Positions 31,381-41,830 of a stretch of DNA of 64,000 nucleotides are shown one piece after another. A program made the position numbers and the translations under genes. The stretch comes from an uncultured delta proteobacterium (GTDB lineage: Bacteria; Myxococcota_A; UBA9160; UBA4427): contig CAWGJT010000009.1 of the NCBI GenBank assembly GCA_963822965.1, positions 224,001-288,000 on the forward strand, written 5' to 3'. The notes under the pieces are model-generated. The model was not told the DNA's origin. It worked only from the letters and a program-made list of their open reading frames with translations, and searched no databases. Positions within the stretch are counted from its first letter, which is position 1. Each line of letters opens with the position of its first letter.

Positions 31381-34300
31381 GTGAGGCGCGTGCTGCTCGC
31401 GTATGCGATCTCGGGCTTCGTCAGCCTGGCCTACCAGGTGGCGTGGTTCCGGATCTTCAACGACCGCTTCGGCTCCACGAACGTCACGTTCGCGCTGGTG
31501 GTCGCCAACTTCATCGGCGGTCTCGCCGTCGGCTCGATCGCCAGCCGACGGGTGAGCCGACTCTGGGCGCGGCTCCCCGGCCTCTCCGAGGGCCTGCGGG
31601 TGTACGGCGCCTTCGAGCTGGCCGTCGCGCTCGCCATCGGCATCACCTTCGCGACCGCGTACCTGCCCGGCGACCTGTGGGGCCACTTCCCCTACGTGCT
31701 GAAGGACGGCATCTGGGAGCACACGATCCGCTACCGGCTCTTCGAGGCCGCCGCGGCCGCCGCCTGCGTCTTCGTTCCGTGCTTCTTCATGGGCGTCACC
31801 TACCCGCTGCTGTGCGACCGCTTTCGCGCGCATCCCTCCGGCGCGCGCTTCCCGGCCGCCCTCTACGCCTGGAACACCCTCGGCGCCTGCAGCGGCGTGC
31901 TCGCCTGCCAGTTCCTCTTCCTTCCGCACCTCGGACACGACGCCACCCTGGCCTGGACGGCCGGAGCCAACGCGCTGCTCGGTGCCGCCTTCCTGCTCGT
32001 CCCGGGCTGCGTCCGGGCGGGACCGGGCGCGGGGGCGGCCCCACCCGCGCCCTTCTCGCCTCCCGCTTCGGTGGAAGGCGACGGGGTCGCTTCGGAGAAG
32101 CGCGCGCGGCCCCTGGCGCTGCTCGCCATGGTGAGCGTGGGCGGCTTCCTCGCGGGCGCCCTCGAGGCCGACCTCTTCAAGCGCATCACGTTCGTGATCG
32201 AGCTCAACCCGGGCGCGACCATGTCGTTCATCTCCTTCTGGGCGATCCTGGCGATCTTCCTCGCGAGCGCCGGCGTCCGGCGGCTGCCACGGCTGCCGCT
32301 GCTGGCCATCAAGATCGCCTTCGCGCTCGGCGCGGTCTACTGCGCGGCGACCTGGCTCGCCATCGACGGGATCCGGGACTTCGTGGAGGCGACGGTCACG
32401 CCCGTGCCCGTCCCCATCCAGGCGAACCTCGAGGGCATGCGCAATCTGGACTTCCCCAGTCATCTCGCGCAGCTCTGGGTGTTCACGGGGATCCTGGTCT
32501 TTCCTCCGTACTTCGCGGTGTCACTGCTGCTGCCGGCCGTCTGCAACGAGCTGCAGCGCCGGGGCGGGCACCTGGGGCTCGCCTACGGGCTCAACACCGT
32601 GGCGTTCTGCCTGGGCTTCCTCGCCTTCATGCTCTTCGTGCCCGCTCTGGGCAACGTCTTCCACGCCTTCAAGCTCTTCGGGGTCGTCTTCGCGCTCTGC
32701 GCGGCCTGGCTCTTCGTGCTCCGGGAGAGCCGCCCACTCGGCGTCATGGAAGCCTCTCGCGCTGGGGGTCGCCGTGGCCGTGGCGGCCGCGTCGGTGCCT
32801 TCGGGCTTCGACCGTAGCGTTCTTCCGGCAAGGCTCGCTGCCCGCCGTGGCGACCGTACGGGCCGTTCGCAGCGACGGCGCCACCACCACCTTCGTGGCG
32901 GACGCCCCGGGCGGTCCGCGCCTCTTCTTCGGCCGCCTGCAGATGTCCGCCACGAACCTGCGCGCTCGTACCTACATGCGGCTGATGGCGCACTTCCCGT
33001 TGCTCTTCCACTCGCACCCCGAGAAGGCGCTGCTCATCTGTCTCGGCGTGGGGAACACCGGCTCGGCGATCGCGAGCCACGACAGCATCCGCCAGATCGA
33101 CGTCGTCGACCTGAACGACGAGGTGGTCCGCACGCTGCCGGAGTTCGCCGCGACCAACGGCGACCTCTCCGGCGACCCCCGGGTGCGCTTCATCCACGAC
33201 GACGGGCGCAGCTTCCTCGCCACCACGGACCAGACCTACGATCTGATCACCAGCGAGCCGCCCCCGCCCCTGGCCGCAGGCGTGTATCGCCTCTACTCGA
33301 GCGACTACTACCGCGTGGCCCGGGACGCACCTCTCGCCGGACGGCTTCATGACCCAGTGGCTGCCGCTCTTCCTGATGACCCCGGAAGCGGTGGAGATGG
33401 CCGTGAGCAGCTTCCTCGAGGTGTTCCCCCACACGCTGCTCTTCACCGGCTACGGCACCGACTTCGTGCTGGTGGGCAGCCCGTCTCCCATCGACCCGAC
33501 CATCCTGGCGGAGCGCTTCCCAGGCTCGGACGCAGTGCGACGCGACCTGGCGGGCTTCAACATCGAGGACCCGGCGGCGCTGCTGGCGCGAATCGTCCAG
33601 GACGACACGGCCCTGCGACGCAACTACGGCGGCGCGCCGCCGATCCGCGACCAGCGCAACGACCTCGAGCACCTCTTCCTCGATCCGCGGGCGCGGCCGG
33701 TGGTCGCCTACGAGCCCGACGACGTCATCGCCTGGCTGCATCGGCGCCTCGACGGCACCTTCCCGGCCCTGGCCGAGCGCACGGTCGCCATCCTGACGCA
33801 CCTCGGCCGCCTCCAGTACCACGTCCAGGGCTATCCCTATGAGACCCTGGCCGCCCTCGACCCGGACACCCGCACCCCGGTGGCGCTGGCCGACGTCGAC
33901 TGGCTGGCGCTCGCGCGGCTCGACCAGCAGCACGCCGCCGCCCTGCGGGCCGGACGGACCGATCTCGCCATCGACGTGCTCGAGCGCTTCCTCGCGGCCT
34001 CCGACGAGCAGCCTTCGGTGTGGCTCCAGCTGGGGCGGCTGCACCTGGAGCGCCACGAGTACGACGCGGCCATCGCCGCCTTCCGGCGGTTCGGCGGTCT
34101 CGAGCCCGACGCCTACATCGGCTACCAGCTGCTGGGGACCGCCTATCGGCGGGCGGGTCGGCCGACCGACGCCGTCGAGCCGTTCGCCCGGGCCGCCCGG
34201 CTGAACGAGCGGGCCTGGCTCCCCCTGGAGGGTCTGGCGTGGATCCACGCCACCTATCCCGAGCCCCCGCTCCGGAACGGCGAGCGAGCCGTCGAGCTCG

Positions 34301-34518
34301 CGCTCGAGGCGACGCGCCTGGTCCCGGGCCGGAGTCCCGCCCTGGACGAGACCCTGGCGGCCGCCTATGCGGCGGCGGGCCAGCAGGAGCTCGCCGTCGA
34401 GACGACCCTCGCCGCGCTCGAGGCCCTGCCCCCGGAACGGCACGGCGACCGCGCCCGGCTGGAGCGGGAGCTGGCCCTCTACCGCCAGGGGCGCGAGCTC
34501 GTCGAGCCGCCTCGTTGA
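31381..34518 (+). CDS. Fused membrane domain / spermidine-synthase-like / TPR protein (frameshifts near 32750, 32820 and 33330)
   Basis: SGFVSLAYQVAW, LYAWNTLGA, YGLNTVA; then ICLGVGNT, VVDL, DDGRSFL, YDLITSEPPPP, QWLP; TPR C-terminus. Confidence 0.85.
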
Positions 34519-34603
34519 CCGCGCCTCGCACCGCTCCGCCGCCCTGTTACGCTCGGGCGCGAGCCCGTTCCCGCGGACGGGCCGATCGATGCGGAGAGGG
34601 TGT

Positions 34604-35170
34604 GTGACGGGACGTCGGGGAATGATGGCGCTGTTCGTGGGCCTGCTCGTCGCACAGCGTGCGGCGGCCGGCGAGTGCGCCGGCGTCACCCTCGAAGACA
34701 CCGCCCTCGTGGACGGGCACCCGCTCGTCCTCAACGGAATGGGCCTCCGCGAGGCCACGATCTTCAACGTGGACGTCTACGTGGCGGGGCTCTACCTGCC
34801 CGCGCCGACCCGCGACCCCGCCGTGGTGGTCGACGGCGACGTCCCCAAGCGCCTGGTGATGCGCTTCGTGCGGGAGGTGGGGCGCGCGGACATGGACGAC
34901 GCCATCCGCAAGAGCTTCGCGAGCGCGGCGACCCGCTACGGAGACACCATCAGCCGCCTGTCGGGCATGTTCCCGGAGAAGATGCGGGAGGGTGACCGCG
35001 TGGTCTTCGACTACGTGCGCGACGCAGGCATGCGGGTGGGCTTCAACGGCGCCGAGCGGGGAACGATCCGCGACGACGGCTTCAGCGCCGTCTTCTTCGG
35101 CATCTTCGTCGGCAGGAATCCACCCAACGAGGGGCTGAAGCGCGGGCTCCTCGGCGGCCCGTGCGGCTGA
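34604..35170 (+). CDS. Chalcone isomerase-like family periplasmic protein
   Basis: LVLNGMGLRE..FNVDVYVAGLYL...LKRGLLG. Confidence 0.85.
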   Translation: MTGRRGMMALFVGLLVAQRAAAGECAGVTLEDTALVDGHPLVLNGMGLREATIFNVDVYVAGLYLPAPTRDPAVVVDGDVPKRLVMRFVREVGRADMDDAIRKSFASAATRYGDTISRLSGMFPEKMREGDRVVFDYVRDAGMRVGFNGAERGTIRDDGFSAVFFGIFVGRNPPNEGLKRGLLGGPCG

Positions 35171-35279
35171 TCCAAGACGGCCCGCGCAGCGGATCCAAGA
35201 CGGCCCGCGCAGCGGATCCAAGACGGCCCGCGCAGCGGATCCAAGACGGCCCGCGCAGCGGATCCAAGACGGCCCGCGC
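35169..35279. repeat. Perfect 23-bp tandem repeat, 4 full copies plus 1 partial
   Basis: GATCCAAGACGGCCCGCGCAGCG head-to-tail, no spacers, between convergent genes. Confidence 0.95.
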
Positions 35280-35308
35280 GGCCGAAGCCGACGCACGCGG
35301 CCTGCGCG

Positions 35309-35752
35309 TCAGCTCTTGCCGGGCTTCTGGATCGCCTCGAGGTAGTCGAGGATCACGAGGATCGTGCCGCGCACGTGGCCCTCCCGGGCCTGGCTCCCGG
35401 CCGTGTCGTCGTGCATCTTCTTCCCCCAGACGGGCATCTCCTTGCTGCCGTGTCCGCGCACGGGGGTGCGGCCGTCGATGAAGGCGATGAGCTTGGGGCG
35501 CGGCAGCGGCATGCCGTACCGCTGCCCGAGGAGCGTGAGATCGGCGGGCTTCACGCTCAGCACCGGAGCCATGGGACCATCGCCCTGGGCGTTCACGCCG
35601 TGGCACGACGCGCAGTACTGCTGGAACTCCGGGTAGCCGCGGTGGTCGGGCAGGGGGCCCTGCTCGGCGGCGGCGGGGGAGGCCGCAGCGACGGCCAGCA
35701 GCGTGACCAGCAGCAGCGCGTTCGAGGTGCTCGGGGTTCGCCGGCGCTTCAT
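35309..35752 (-). CDS. Monoheme cytochrome c
   Basis: Signal peptide, CASCH, PADLT, HGSKEMPVWG. Confidence 0.9.
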   Translation of the reverse strand: MKRRRTPSTSNALLLVTLLAVAAASPAAAEQGPLPDHRGYPEFQQYCASCHGVNAQGDGPMAPVLSVKPADLTLLGQRYGMPLPRPKLIAFIDGRTPVRGHGSKEMPVWGKKMHDDTAGSQAREGHVRGTILVILDYLEAIQKPGKS

Positions 35753-35828
35753 CTCGGCTCTTCCTCCTCTCGGGGTGATCCTTCCGTTGCCTTCCCTCGT
35801 GACTCGACGTCTCGCGCGCCGGCTCCTC

Positions 35829-37103
35829 TCAGGGACGCAGGCGGTAGCGGATCGGCATCCGCTTCACGCCGCCCAGGAAGCTCGAGCGCACGCGCTCGAA
35901 GCGACCCGCCAGCTCCACCTCTTCGAGCCGCTGGGCCAGCTCCCGGAAGATGACGCGCAGCTCGAGGCGGGCGAGGTTGGCGCCGAGACAGAAGTGCTCG
36001 CCGATTCCGAAGCCCAGGTGCGGATTCGGGCGGCGGTCCACGCGGAACACGTCCGGGTCGTCGAAGACCGCCTCGTCCCGGTTGGCCGAGGGATAGAAGA
36101 GACACATCGAGTCGCCGGCCTTCACGAGCTTGCCGTGCAGCTCCACGTCCTCGACGGGGGTCCGGCAGAACTGGATGACCGGCGCGGTCCAGCGCACGAT
36201 CTCCTCCACCGCCGAGTCCACCAGACCGGGATCGGCGCGCAGCTTCTCGAGCTCGCCCGGGTTCTCGATCAGCGCCAGCAGCCCGCCGCTCGCCGCGTTG
36301 CGCGTCGTCTCGTTGCCGGCCACGACCAGCAGCAGGAAGAAGGACAGGAGCTCCATGGGAGGCATCGGTCGGCCGTCGATGCGCGCCGCGGTCAGTACGC
36401 TGACCATGTCGTCCTGGGGCTCGTGCAGCCGCTTCTCGGCGAGCTGCGCGAAGTAGCGGAACAGGTTGTCGCGCGCGTCCTGAAGCGCCGCGCCCGGCGA
36501 GTCCCCGGTCTGGAACTCCGGATCGGACGAGCCGGCGATCTGGTTGGTCCACTGGAACATGAGGCGCCAGTCCTCGCGCGGCACGCCGAGCATGTCGGCC
36601 AGCACCGCCAGGGTGAGGGGCGCCGTGAAGTCGGCCACGAAGTCCGCCTCGCGGGTCTCGCCGTCTCCGGCCAGCCCGGCGAGCAGATCGCGTGTGATCC
36701 GCTCCACCTCGCCACGACGCGAGGAGATCGCGCGGGGCGTGAACCAGTGGCTGGCCGCCGCGCGGAACTTCGCATGGTCGGGCGGATCCATGTTCAGCAG
36801 GTGTCGCACCTCGCGCTTCTCGACCGGCGCGCCCTCCTCGAAGATCGCGAGTCGGGGCGCGTTCAGGAAGCGCCCGGGCTGCTTCGAGATCCACACGATG
36901 TCCGCGCGGCGCGTGATGGCCCAGAAGCCCACGCCCCGCGGCACGTCGAACCAGTGCACGGGCGATTCCCGGCGCAGGCGCTTCCAGGCCGCGTGGGGGT
37001 AGCCGTCGTCCCGGTAGGTGTCGGGGCCGAAGACGTCGAGTGCGTCGAGTGACGGATCCGGGGGCGCGTACGCGGCCGCCTGGGGAGTGGGATCTCGAGC
37101 CAT
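35829..37103 (-). CDS. Cytochrome P450
   Basis: AGNETT, EEIVR, HLGFGIGEHFCLG. Confidence 0.95.
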   Translation of the reverse strand: MARDPTPQAAAYAPPDPSLDALDVFGPDTYRDDGYPHAAWKRLRRESPVHWFDVPRGVGFWAITRRADIVWISKQPGRFLNAPRLAIFEEGAPVEKREVRHLLNMDPPDHAKFRAAASHWFTPRAISSRRGEVERITRDLLAGLAGDGETREADFVADFTAPLTLAVLADMLGVPREDWRLMFQWTNQIAGSSDPEFQTGDSPGAALQDARDNLFRYFAQLAEKRLHEPQDDMVSVLTAARIDGRPMPPMELLSFFLLLVVAGNETTRNAASGGLLALIENPGELEKLRADPGLVDSAVEEIVRWTAPVIQFCRTPVEDVELHGKLVKAGDSMCLFYPSANRDEAVFDDPDVFRVDRRPNPHLGFGIGEHFCLGANLARLELRVIFRELAQRLEEVELAGRFERVRSSFLGGVKRMPIRYRLRP

Positions 37104-37274
37104 GGAGGGGAGCTTACCCCGCTGGCGGCGCTTCCGGGGGTAGCTCGCCGGGGGACGCGAGCGCGTTCGAATCGCCTCACTTTCGCCCGACACGCTGCCG
37201 CACCGGGCTTTGCGAACGGGCCGGCCCGGTTATCCTCACGCGTTCGCTCGAAGCCCAGCCGAGGAGACGTCCCG

Positions 37275-38030
37275 ATGAAATCCCCGCGCACCCCCCTTCA
37301 CCCTCGCCCCCCCATCCGCCGGCGGCTCGCCGCCGTCGTGGCCGCGCCGCTCCTGGCAGGCTGCGTCACCCAGGGCACCTACGACGAGATGCGGGGCGAG
37401 CGCGACGCCCTGCAGACCCGGGTGACCGAGCTCGAGAGCCGAAACGACGAGATCCAGCACCGCGCCGACGAGCTCGCAGGCCAGCTCGCGGAGGTGCAGG
37501 ACACCAACCAGGCACTGGACACGAAGCTGGCCGAGCGAAGCGCAGAGACGGAGATGCTCAAGGGCACCTACGATGCGCTCGTCTCCGACCTGGAGAGCGA
37601 GCTGGTCTCGGGCAAGGTCCAGCTCCAGCAGCTCCGGAGCGGCGGGCTGCAGGTGGACGTGGGCAGCGAGGTGCTCTTTCCGTCCGGATCCGCGGACCTC
37701 GACGCGGGCGGCCAGCGCGTGCTCGAGAAGGTGGCCAGCCAGCTCAAGGCGAGCCCGAACCGCATCGTCGTCGAGGGACACACCGATGACGTGCGCATCA
37801 GTCCGTCGCTACAGAAGCGATACCCCACGAACTGGGAGCTCGCGGCGGCCCGGGCCGCCCGGGTGGTTCGCCTCTTCCAGGACCAGGGAATCGCGGGCGA
37901 GCGACTGCACGCGGTGTCGGCGGGCCCCTTCCATCCGCTGGCCCCCAACGACACGCCCCAGGGTCGCGCCCGCAACCGCCGGATCGAGATCCGCCTGCTG
38001 CCGGCGGTCGCGCCCGAGACCCAGGACTGA
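37275..38030 (+). CDS. OmpA/MotB-family lipoprotein with coiled coil
   Basis: LAGC lipobox, LFPSGSA, VEGHTD, NWELAAARA, NRRIEI. Confidence 0.9.
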   Translation: MKSPRTPLHPRPPIRRRLAAVVAAPLLAGCVTQGTYDEMRGERDALQTRVTELESRNDEIQHRADELAGQLAEVQDTNQALDTKLAERSAETEMLKGTYDALVSDLESELVSGKVQLQQLRSGGLQVDVGSEVLFPSGSADLDAGGQRVLEKVASQLKASPNRIVVEGHTDDVRISPSLQKRYPTNWELAAARAARVVRLFQDQGIAGERLHAVSAGPFHPLAPNDTPQGRARNRRIEIRLLPAVAPETQD

Positions 38031-38083
38031 GACGAGGTCCTGGGCCGGCCGGCTAGGAGCCTGACCCATCCTGGGCCGGCTTG

Positions 38084-39289
38084 CTAGCGCCGGTCTGCGC
38101 AGCGCGCGGCCGCGCCTCCGATGCGCGCGATGCGGGTGTCGCCGAAGGGGGTGCCGACGCCGCTGTTCACCGTGAGCGCCACGGCGAGCTGGCGCCGGGG
38201 ATCGGCCCAGCCCCCCGAGCCACCGAAGCCGAAGTGGCCGAAGCCTTCCGGCACGCGGGCTCGCACCGCGAAGGCGCGGTGATAGCCGAGTCGCCAGCGC
38301 ATGGAGATCGGAATCACCCGGCCCGCGCCACGGTTCTGCTCCCGGCTGGCCTGTCGCAGGGTGTCGTCGGAGAGCAGCCGAACCCCGTCGAGCTCCCCCC
38401 CCTGCGCGAGGCACGCATAGAGCCGCGCCAGGGAGCGTGCGGTGAACATCCCGTTGGCGGCGGGGATCGAGGCGGCGCGCAGCTCGTCGGAGTTGAAGTC
38501 CAGCTCCTCCATCCCGGGCGGAACGAGCGCGGCAAGGGCCTCGGTCGGGTCCCATCGAATGCCCACCCGGGCCAGGCGCCGGCCCCAGCGGGTGGCCGCT
38601 TCGAGGGTTCGCTGCGTGTTGCGACGACGCTCGTCGGTCGAGCCGTCCATTCCCTTCGCCATCAGCTGCGCACAGCGGTGCATCTGGTCCGGCGGCACGC
38701 CGCAGTAGAGGCCGTCGAGCCCCAGCGGCCGCGCGAGGTCGCGCTCGACCAGCTCCGCAAAGGGCTTGTCGCCGGCGACCCGGCGCACCACCTCGCCCAC
38801 CAGCCAGCCGTAGGTGAGACCGTGGTAGCCGTGCGCGGCTCCCGGCGCGTGGCGCGGTGCGGCGGCCGCCAGGCGCGTGGTCATCTGCTGCCAGTCGAGC
38901 ATCTCGGAGGCGTGCTCCACCATGTCGCGGATCGCATAGAGCCCCGCTTCGTGGCACAGCAGCTGCCGAACCGTGAGCCTCTCCTTGCCGGCATCTGCGA
39001 ACTCCGGCCAGTAGCGGGCGACGGGCGCGTCGTAGTCGATCAGGCCGCGATCCGCGTAGACGTGGAGCAGCGTCGAGGCCACGCCCTTCGTGGTGGAGAA
39101 CGACAGGCTGAGCGTGTCCTCCTCCCAGGCCGAGCCCGCGTCGTCCCGGGTGCCGCCCCAGGCGTCGACGACCTTCTCCCCCCGGTGGTAGACGCACACC
39201 GCGGCACCGCCGGGGCGCTTCTTCGGCAGGATACGCCGCAGGCTGCGCGCCACGTCGGCGAAATCGGGATGGACGAAGCCCTGAAGCAT
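38084..39289 (-). CDS. Serine hydrolase, beta-lactamase family esterase
   Basis: FSTTK, LLCHEAGL, YHGLTYGW, FGHFGFGGS. Confidence 0.92.
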   Translation of the reverse strand: MLQGFVHPDFADVARSLRRILPKKRPGGAAVCVYHRGEKVVDAWGGTRDDAGSAWEEDTLSLSFSTTKGVASTLLHVYADRGLIDYDAPVARYWPEFADAGKERLTVRQLLCHEAGLYAIRDMVEHASEMLDWQQMTTRLAAAAPRHAPGAAHGYHGLTYGWLVGEVVRRVAGDKPFAELVERDLARPLGLDGLYCGVPPDQMHRCAQLMAKGMDGSTDERRRNTQRTLEAATRWGRRLARVGIRWDPTEALAALVPPGMEELDFNSDELRAASIPAANGMFTARSLARLYACLAQGGELDGVRLLSDDTLRQASREQNRGAGRVIPISMRWRLGYHRAFAVRARVPEGFGHFGFGGSGGWADPRRQLAVALTVNSGVGTPFGDTRIARIGGAAARCADRR

Positions 39290-39427
39290 GACGAGAACCT
39301 TTCGGCGCCGGCGCCGGCGCCGGCGCCGGCAGCGGCGCCGCCGCCGCGTGGGACCCGCCCGGGTTTCGGCCACGGGACGCGGCGCGCCGACAGGGTAGGC
39401 TCGTTGAACCGGGCCTGCATCCGCCCC

Positions 39428-40054
39428 ATGCTCCCGACCGTGCGCTCCGACGCCCTCGACCAGATCGTGAGCCGCTACCTCGACCTCCCCGTCAAGGCGA
39501 GCTGGCACGGCGGCCCCGCAGACCTGATCCGGGGGTCCTTCGACGACCCGCGGCTCGAGCTCGGCGGAATCGCCACCAGCTGGCTCCCGCTGGACGGCGT
39601 GGTGCTGAGCGCCCGGCACGTCAAGCTGACCCCGGGGCTCCCGGCCCGCCTGCACGTCGAGGACCCTTCGCTCATGGCGCTCGTGAGCCAGAGCGACGTC
39701 GAGCGCTGGGTGGCGCGCTTCCAGCTCCCGTTCGAGCTGCAGCTCACGGAGCACGGGCTCGTCGCGAAGGCGCGGGTGGCAGGGCTACCCCTGGGCGAGG
39801 TCGAGGCACGGCTCGGCGTGGTGCGCGGATGGTTCGTCCTGCAGCCCCGGCGCGCGTCGCTCCTCGGCGTGCCGAACTACGCGGCCTGGCTCTTCCGCAC
39901 CTATCTTCCCCTGCCGCCCCTCGCTCGGGGTGCCCGGCTCGACGAGATCGAGCACGAGGAGAGACGCATCCGCCTTCGCTTCGAGATCGAGAGCTTCGAG
40001 GAGGAGATCACACCGGGCCTGCTCGGACGGCTACGGCGGCGCCTGCTGCCCTGA
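39428..40054 (+). CDS. Hypothetical protein
   Basis: Coding-like composition from ATG 39428; no recognised motif. Confidence 0.65.
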   Translation: MLPTVRSDALDQIVSRYLDLPVKASWHGGPADLIRGSFDDPRLELGGIATSWLPLDGVVLSARHVKLTPGLPARLHVEDPSLMALVSQSDVERWVARFQLPFELQLTEHGLVAKARVAGLPLGEVEARLGVVRGWFVLQPRRASLLGVPNYAAWLFRTYLPLPPLARGARLDEIEHEERRIRLRFEIESFEEEITPGLLGRLRRRLLP

Positions 40055-41313
40055 CGTGCTCCCCGCTTCGGTGCGATCTCGACCTCACCGATCGCCGGGG
40101 GCTGCGGATTCCTCTCCGGCGCCGGGGGTGGGCTCGGCGGCTTCGGCGGCTTCAGGCTCGGCGGCTTCGGCGGCTTCAGGCTCGGCGGCTCCGGTTCGGC
40201 GGCTTCATGCTCGGCGGCTCCCTCGGCTTCCGGGACGGCGGCTTCGGGCTCCGCGGCAGCCGCGGCTTCGGGCGTTACGGCTTCGGACTCGGGCTCGACG
40301 TCCGTGGCCTCACCCCCGGGCGAAGCCGCCCCGGGCGCCGTCTCCGCAGGCGCCTCGCTGCCCGCGCCGGGAGGCACGGGCGGCGGCCAGTCCGGTCGGG
40401 TGGTGAGATCGTCCCGGGGCTCGACGAAGAGGGCGCGCGTCTGGCCCACCACGTGGCCGACGACCACGGGCCCGTAGGCGATCGCATAGCCGACCCAGCC
40501 CGGACCCAGGGGCAGGTAGCGGAAGTAGTCGCCGCCGACGCTGCCGACGTAGGTGCCGTAGGCCGGATACAGGGTGCGGTAGGCGGACTTCCGCATCGGC
40601 ACGTCGTCCTTCGCGTACAGATACGAGATCGCGTCGCTCGTGGCGACGCCCTCCTGCCAGAGCGGCACCAGGGGAAGGATCCGCAGCGCCGCGTAGCCCC
40701 CCCGCCAGTGGCGGTTCGACTTGCGCGCGAAGTCCTTGGCGTGACCGGCCTCGTGGAGCACCACGGGCAGGTTGTCCGAGTAGAGATTGATGGTGTTCGT
40801 GAAGGGGTTGTAGTTGTCGCCGCTGAGCAGCCCGGCGAAGAATCGGCCCGGCAGGATCGTGTAGAAGGTGGTGGAGAGCAGCCCGAAGCTCCAGCGCCAG
40901 AAGGCGCCCACGTCCTTGTTGTGGGCGAGCCGCCGCCACTCGTCCCCCGGCGCGTACTGGTTCAGCCTCACCTTGACGTTGTCGAGGTCGTTCTCCGACA
41001 GGTACACCCGGAGCGCGGCCTCGGTCTCCGGCGAGATGTCGTGGTTGTTGACGTTCCAGTGGAGCAGCAGGATCTTGCTCGGCAGCGAGATCACGTAGTG
41101 ACCGATGCCGTCCAGGAAGGCGTGCGGCCGGCCTCGCTCGACCTGAGCCTCCCCCGGCCGCAGCCGCAGGGTGTACGGGCCGTCGACGTCGTGGCTGTAC
41201 TCGTAGGGGGTGCTGATGCACCCGAGACCGAGACCACAGGCCGCGAGCAGCCCGGCGAACGCGGCCAGCCGGACTCGCCGCCGCCGGGCTCTGCTGGCGG
41301 GGCGCTCGATCAT
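39901..41313 (-). CDS. Lipoprotein with HExxH motif and Pro/Ala/Glu-rich tail (3' end uncertain, overlaps the neighbour)
   Basis: LGLGC lipobox, YNPFTNTINLYSD, VLHEAGHAKD, KPPSL repeats. Confidence 0.75.
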   Translation of the reverse strand: MIERPASRARRRRVRLAAFAGLLAACGLGLGCISTPYEYSHDVDGPYTLRLRPGEAQVERGRPHAFLDGIGHYVISLPSKILLLHWNVNNHDISPETEAALRVYLSENDLDNVKVRLNQYAPGDEWRRLAHNKDVGAFWRWSFGLLSTTFYTILPGRFFAGLLSGDNYNPFTNTINLYSDNLPVVLHEAGHAKDFARKSNRHWRGGYAALRILPLVPLWQEGVATSDAISYLYAKDDVPMRKSAYRTLYPAYGTYVGSVGGDYFRYLPLGPGWVGYAIAYGPVVVGHVVGQTRALFVEPRDDLTTRPDWPPPVPPGAGSEAPAETAPGAASPGGEATDVEPESEAVTPEAAAAAEPEAAVPEAEGAAEHEAAEPEPPSLKPPKPPSLKPPKPPSPPPAPERNPQPPAIGEVEIAPKRGARQGSRRRRSRPSRPGVISSSKLSISKRRRMRLSSCSISSSRAPRARGGRGR

Positions 41314-41421
41314 CGAGTCGTGATCTGCCGGGTCCGAGGCACGGGGTCGCGAGAGGGTACCATGGCCGCGCCCGCGAACCGGTCCCGCGGCCGGCCGAAT
41401 GCGACCCGGCGCGATCGGCGT

Positions 41422-41706
41422 TCAGCGGCGCCGGATGCGCATCCCGAACGCCACGGCGCCGACGGCGAAGAGCAGCACGGCGCTCGGCTCCGGCACGGCC
41501 GTGGTCGGGCCGTCCCCGCCCTTTCGGATGCGGTGGCGGCGGCGCTCGTGATGGGTTCTGCCGTGGTACCCGTGGGCGGTGAAGGCGATGTCCGACCCAC
41601 CGGGGCGGTGGCTGAAGTCCCCGATGTGGATCGTCGAGGCCAGGGCGGGGGAGGCGGTGATCAGCAGGGCGAACAGGAAGAGGGCGAGGGAAAGCTTGCG
41701 GGACAT
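41422..41706 (-). CDS. Very small PEP-CTERM protein (94 aa) with His-rich mature part
   Basis: Signal peptide ending ALA and C-terminal VPEPSAVLLFAVGAVAFGMRIRRR. Confidence 0.85.
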   Translation of the reverse strand: MSRKLSLALFLFALLITASPALASTIHIGDFSHRPGGSDIAFTAHGYHGRTHHERRRHRIRKGGDGPTTAVPEPSAVLLFAVGAVAFGMRIRRR

Positions 41707-41830
41707 GCGGGCTCCGAGCGGCCGGGTCGATCGGAAGAGATGGAACCGGGTCCGCGTGAACGTATAAGAAGGAAGGAGGAAGGGAACGATCCGATCTCCC
41801 CGCTTCCACCACTTCTGCACTCAATCCCGG

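Noticed and set aside
35169..35279. Possible CRISPR array
   Set aside because: The repeats are contiguous with no spacers, and no cas genes are in the window.
37275..38030. MotB-like protein as the missing ExbD partner
   Set aside because: It has a lipobox and no TM helix with the conserved Asp, and it is not linked to the TonB operons.
39303..39346. GGCGCC hexamer run upstream of the serine hydrolase
   Set aside because: Short low-complexity GC microsatellite with no evidence of function.
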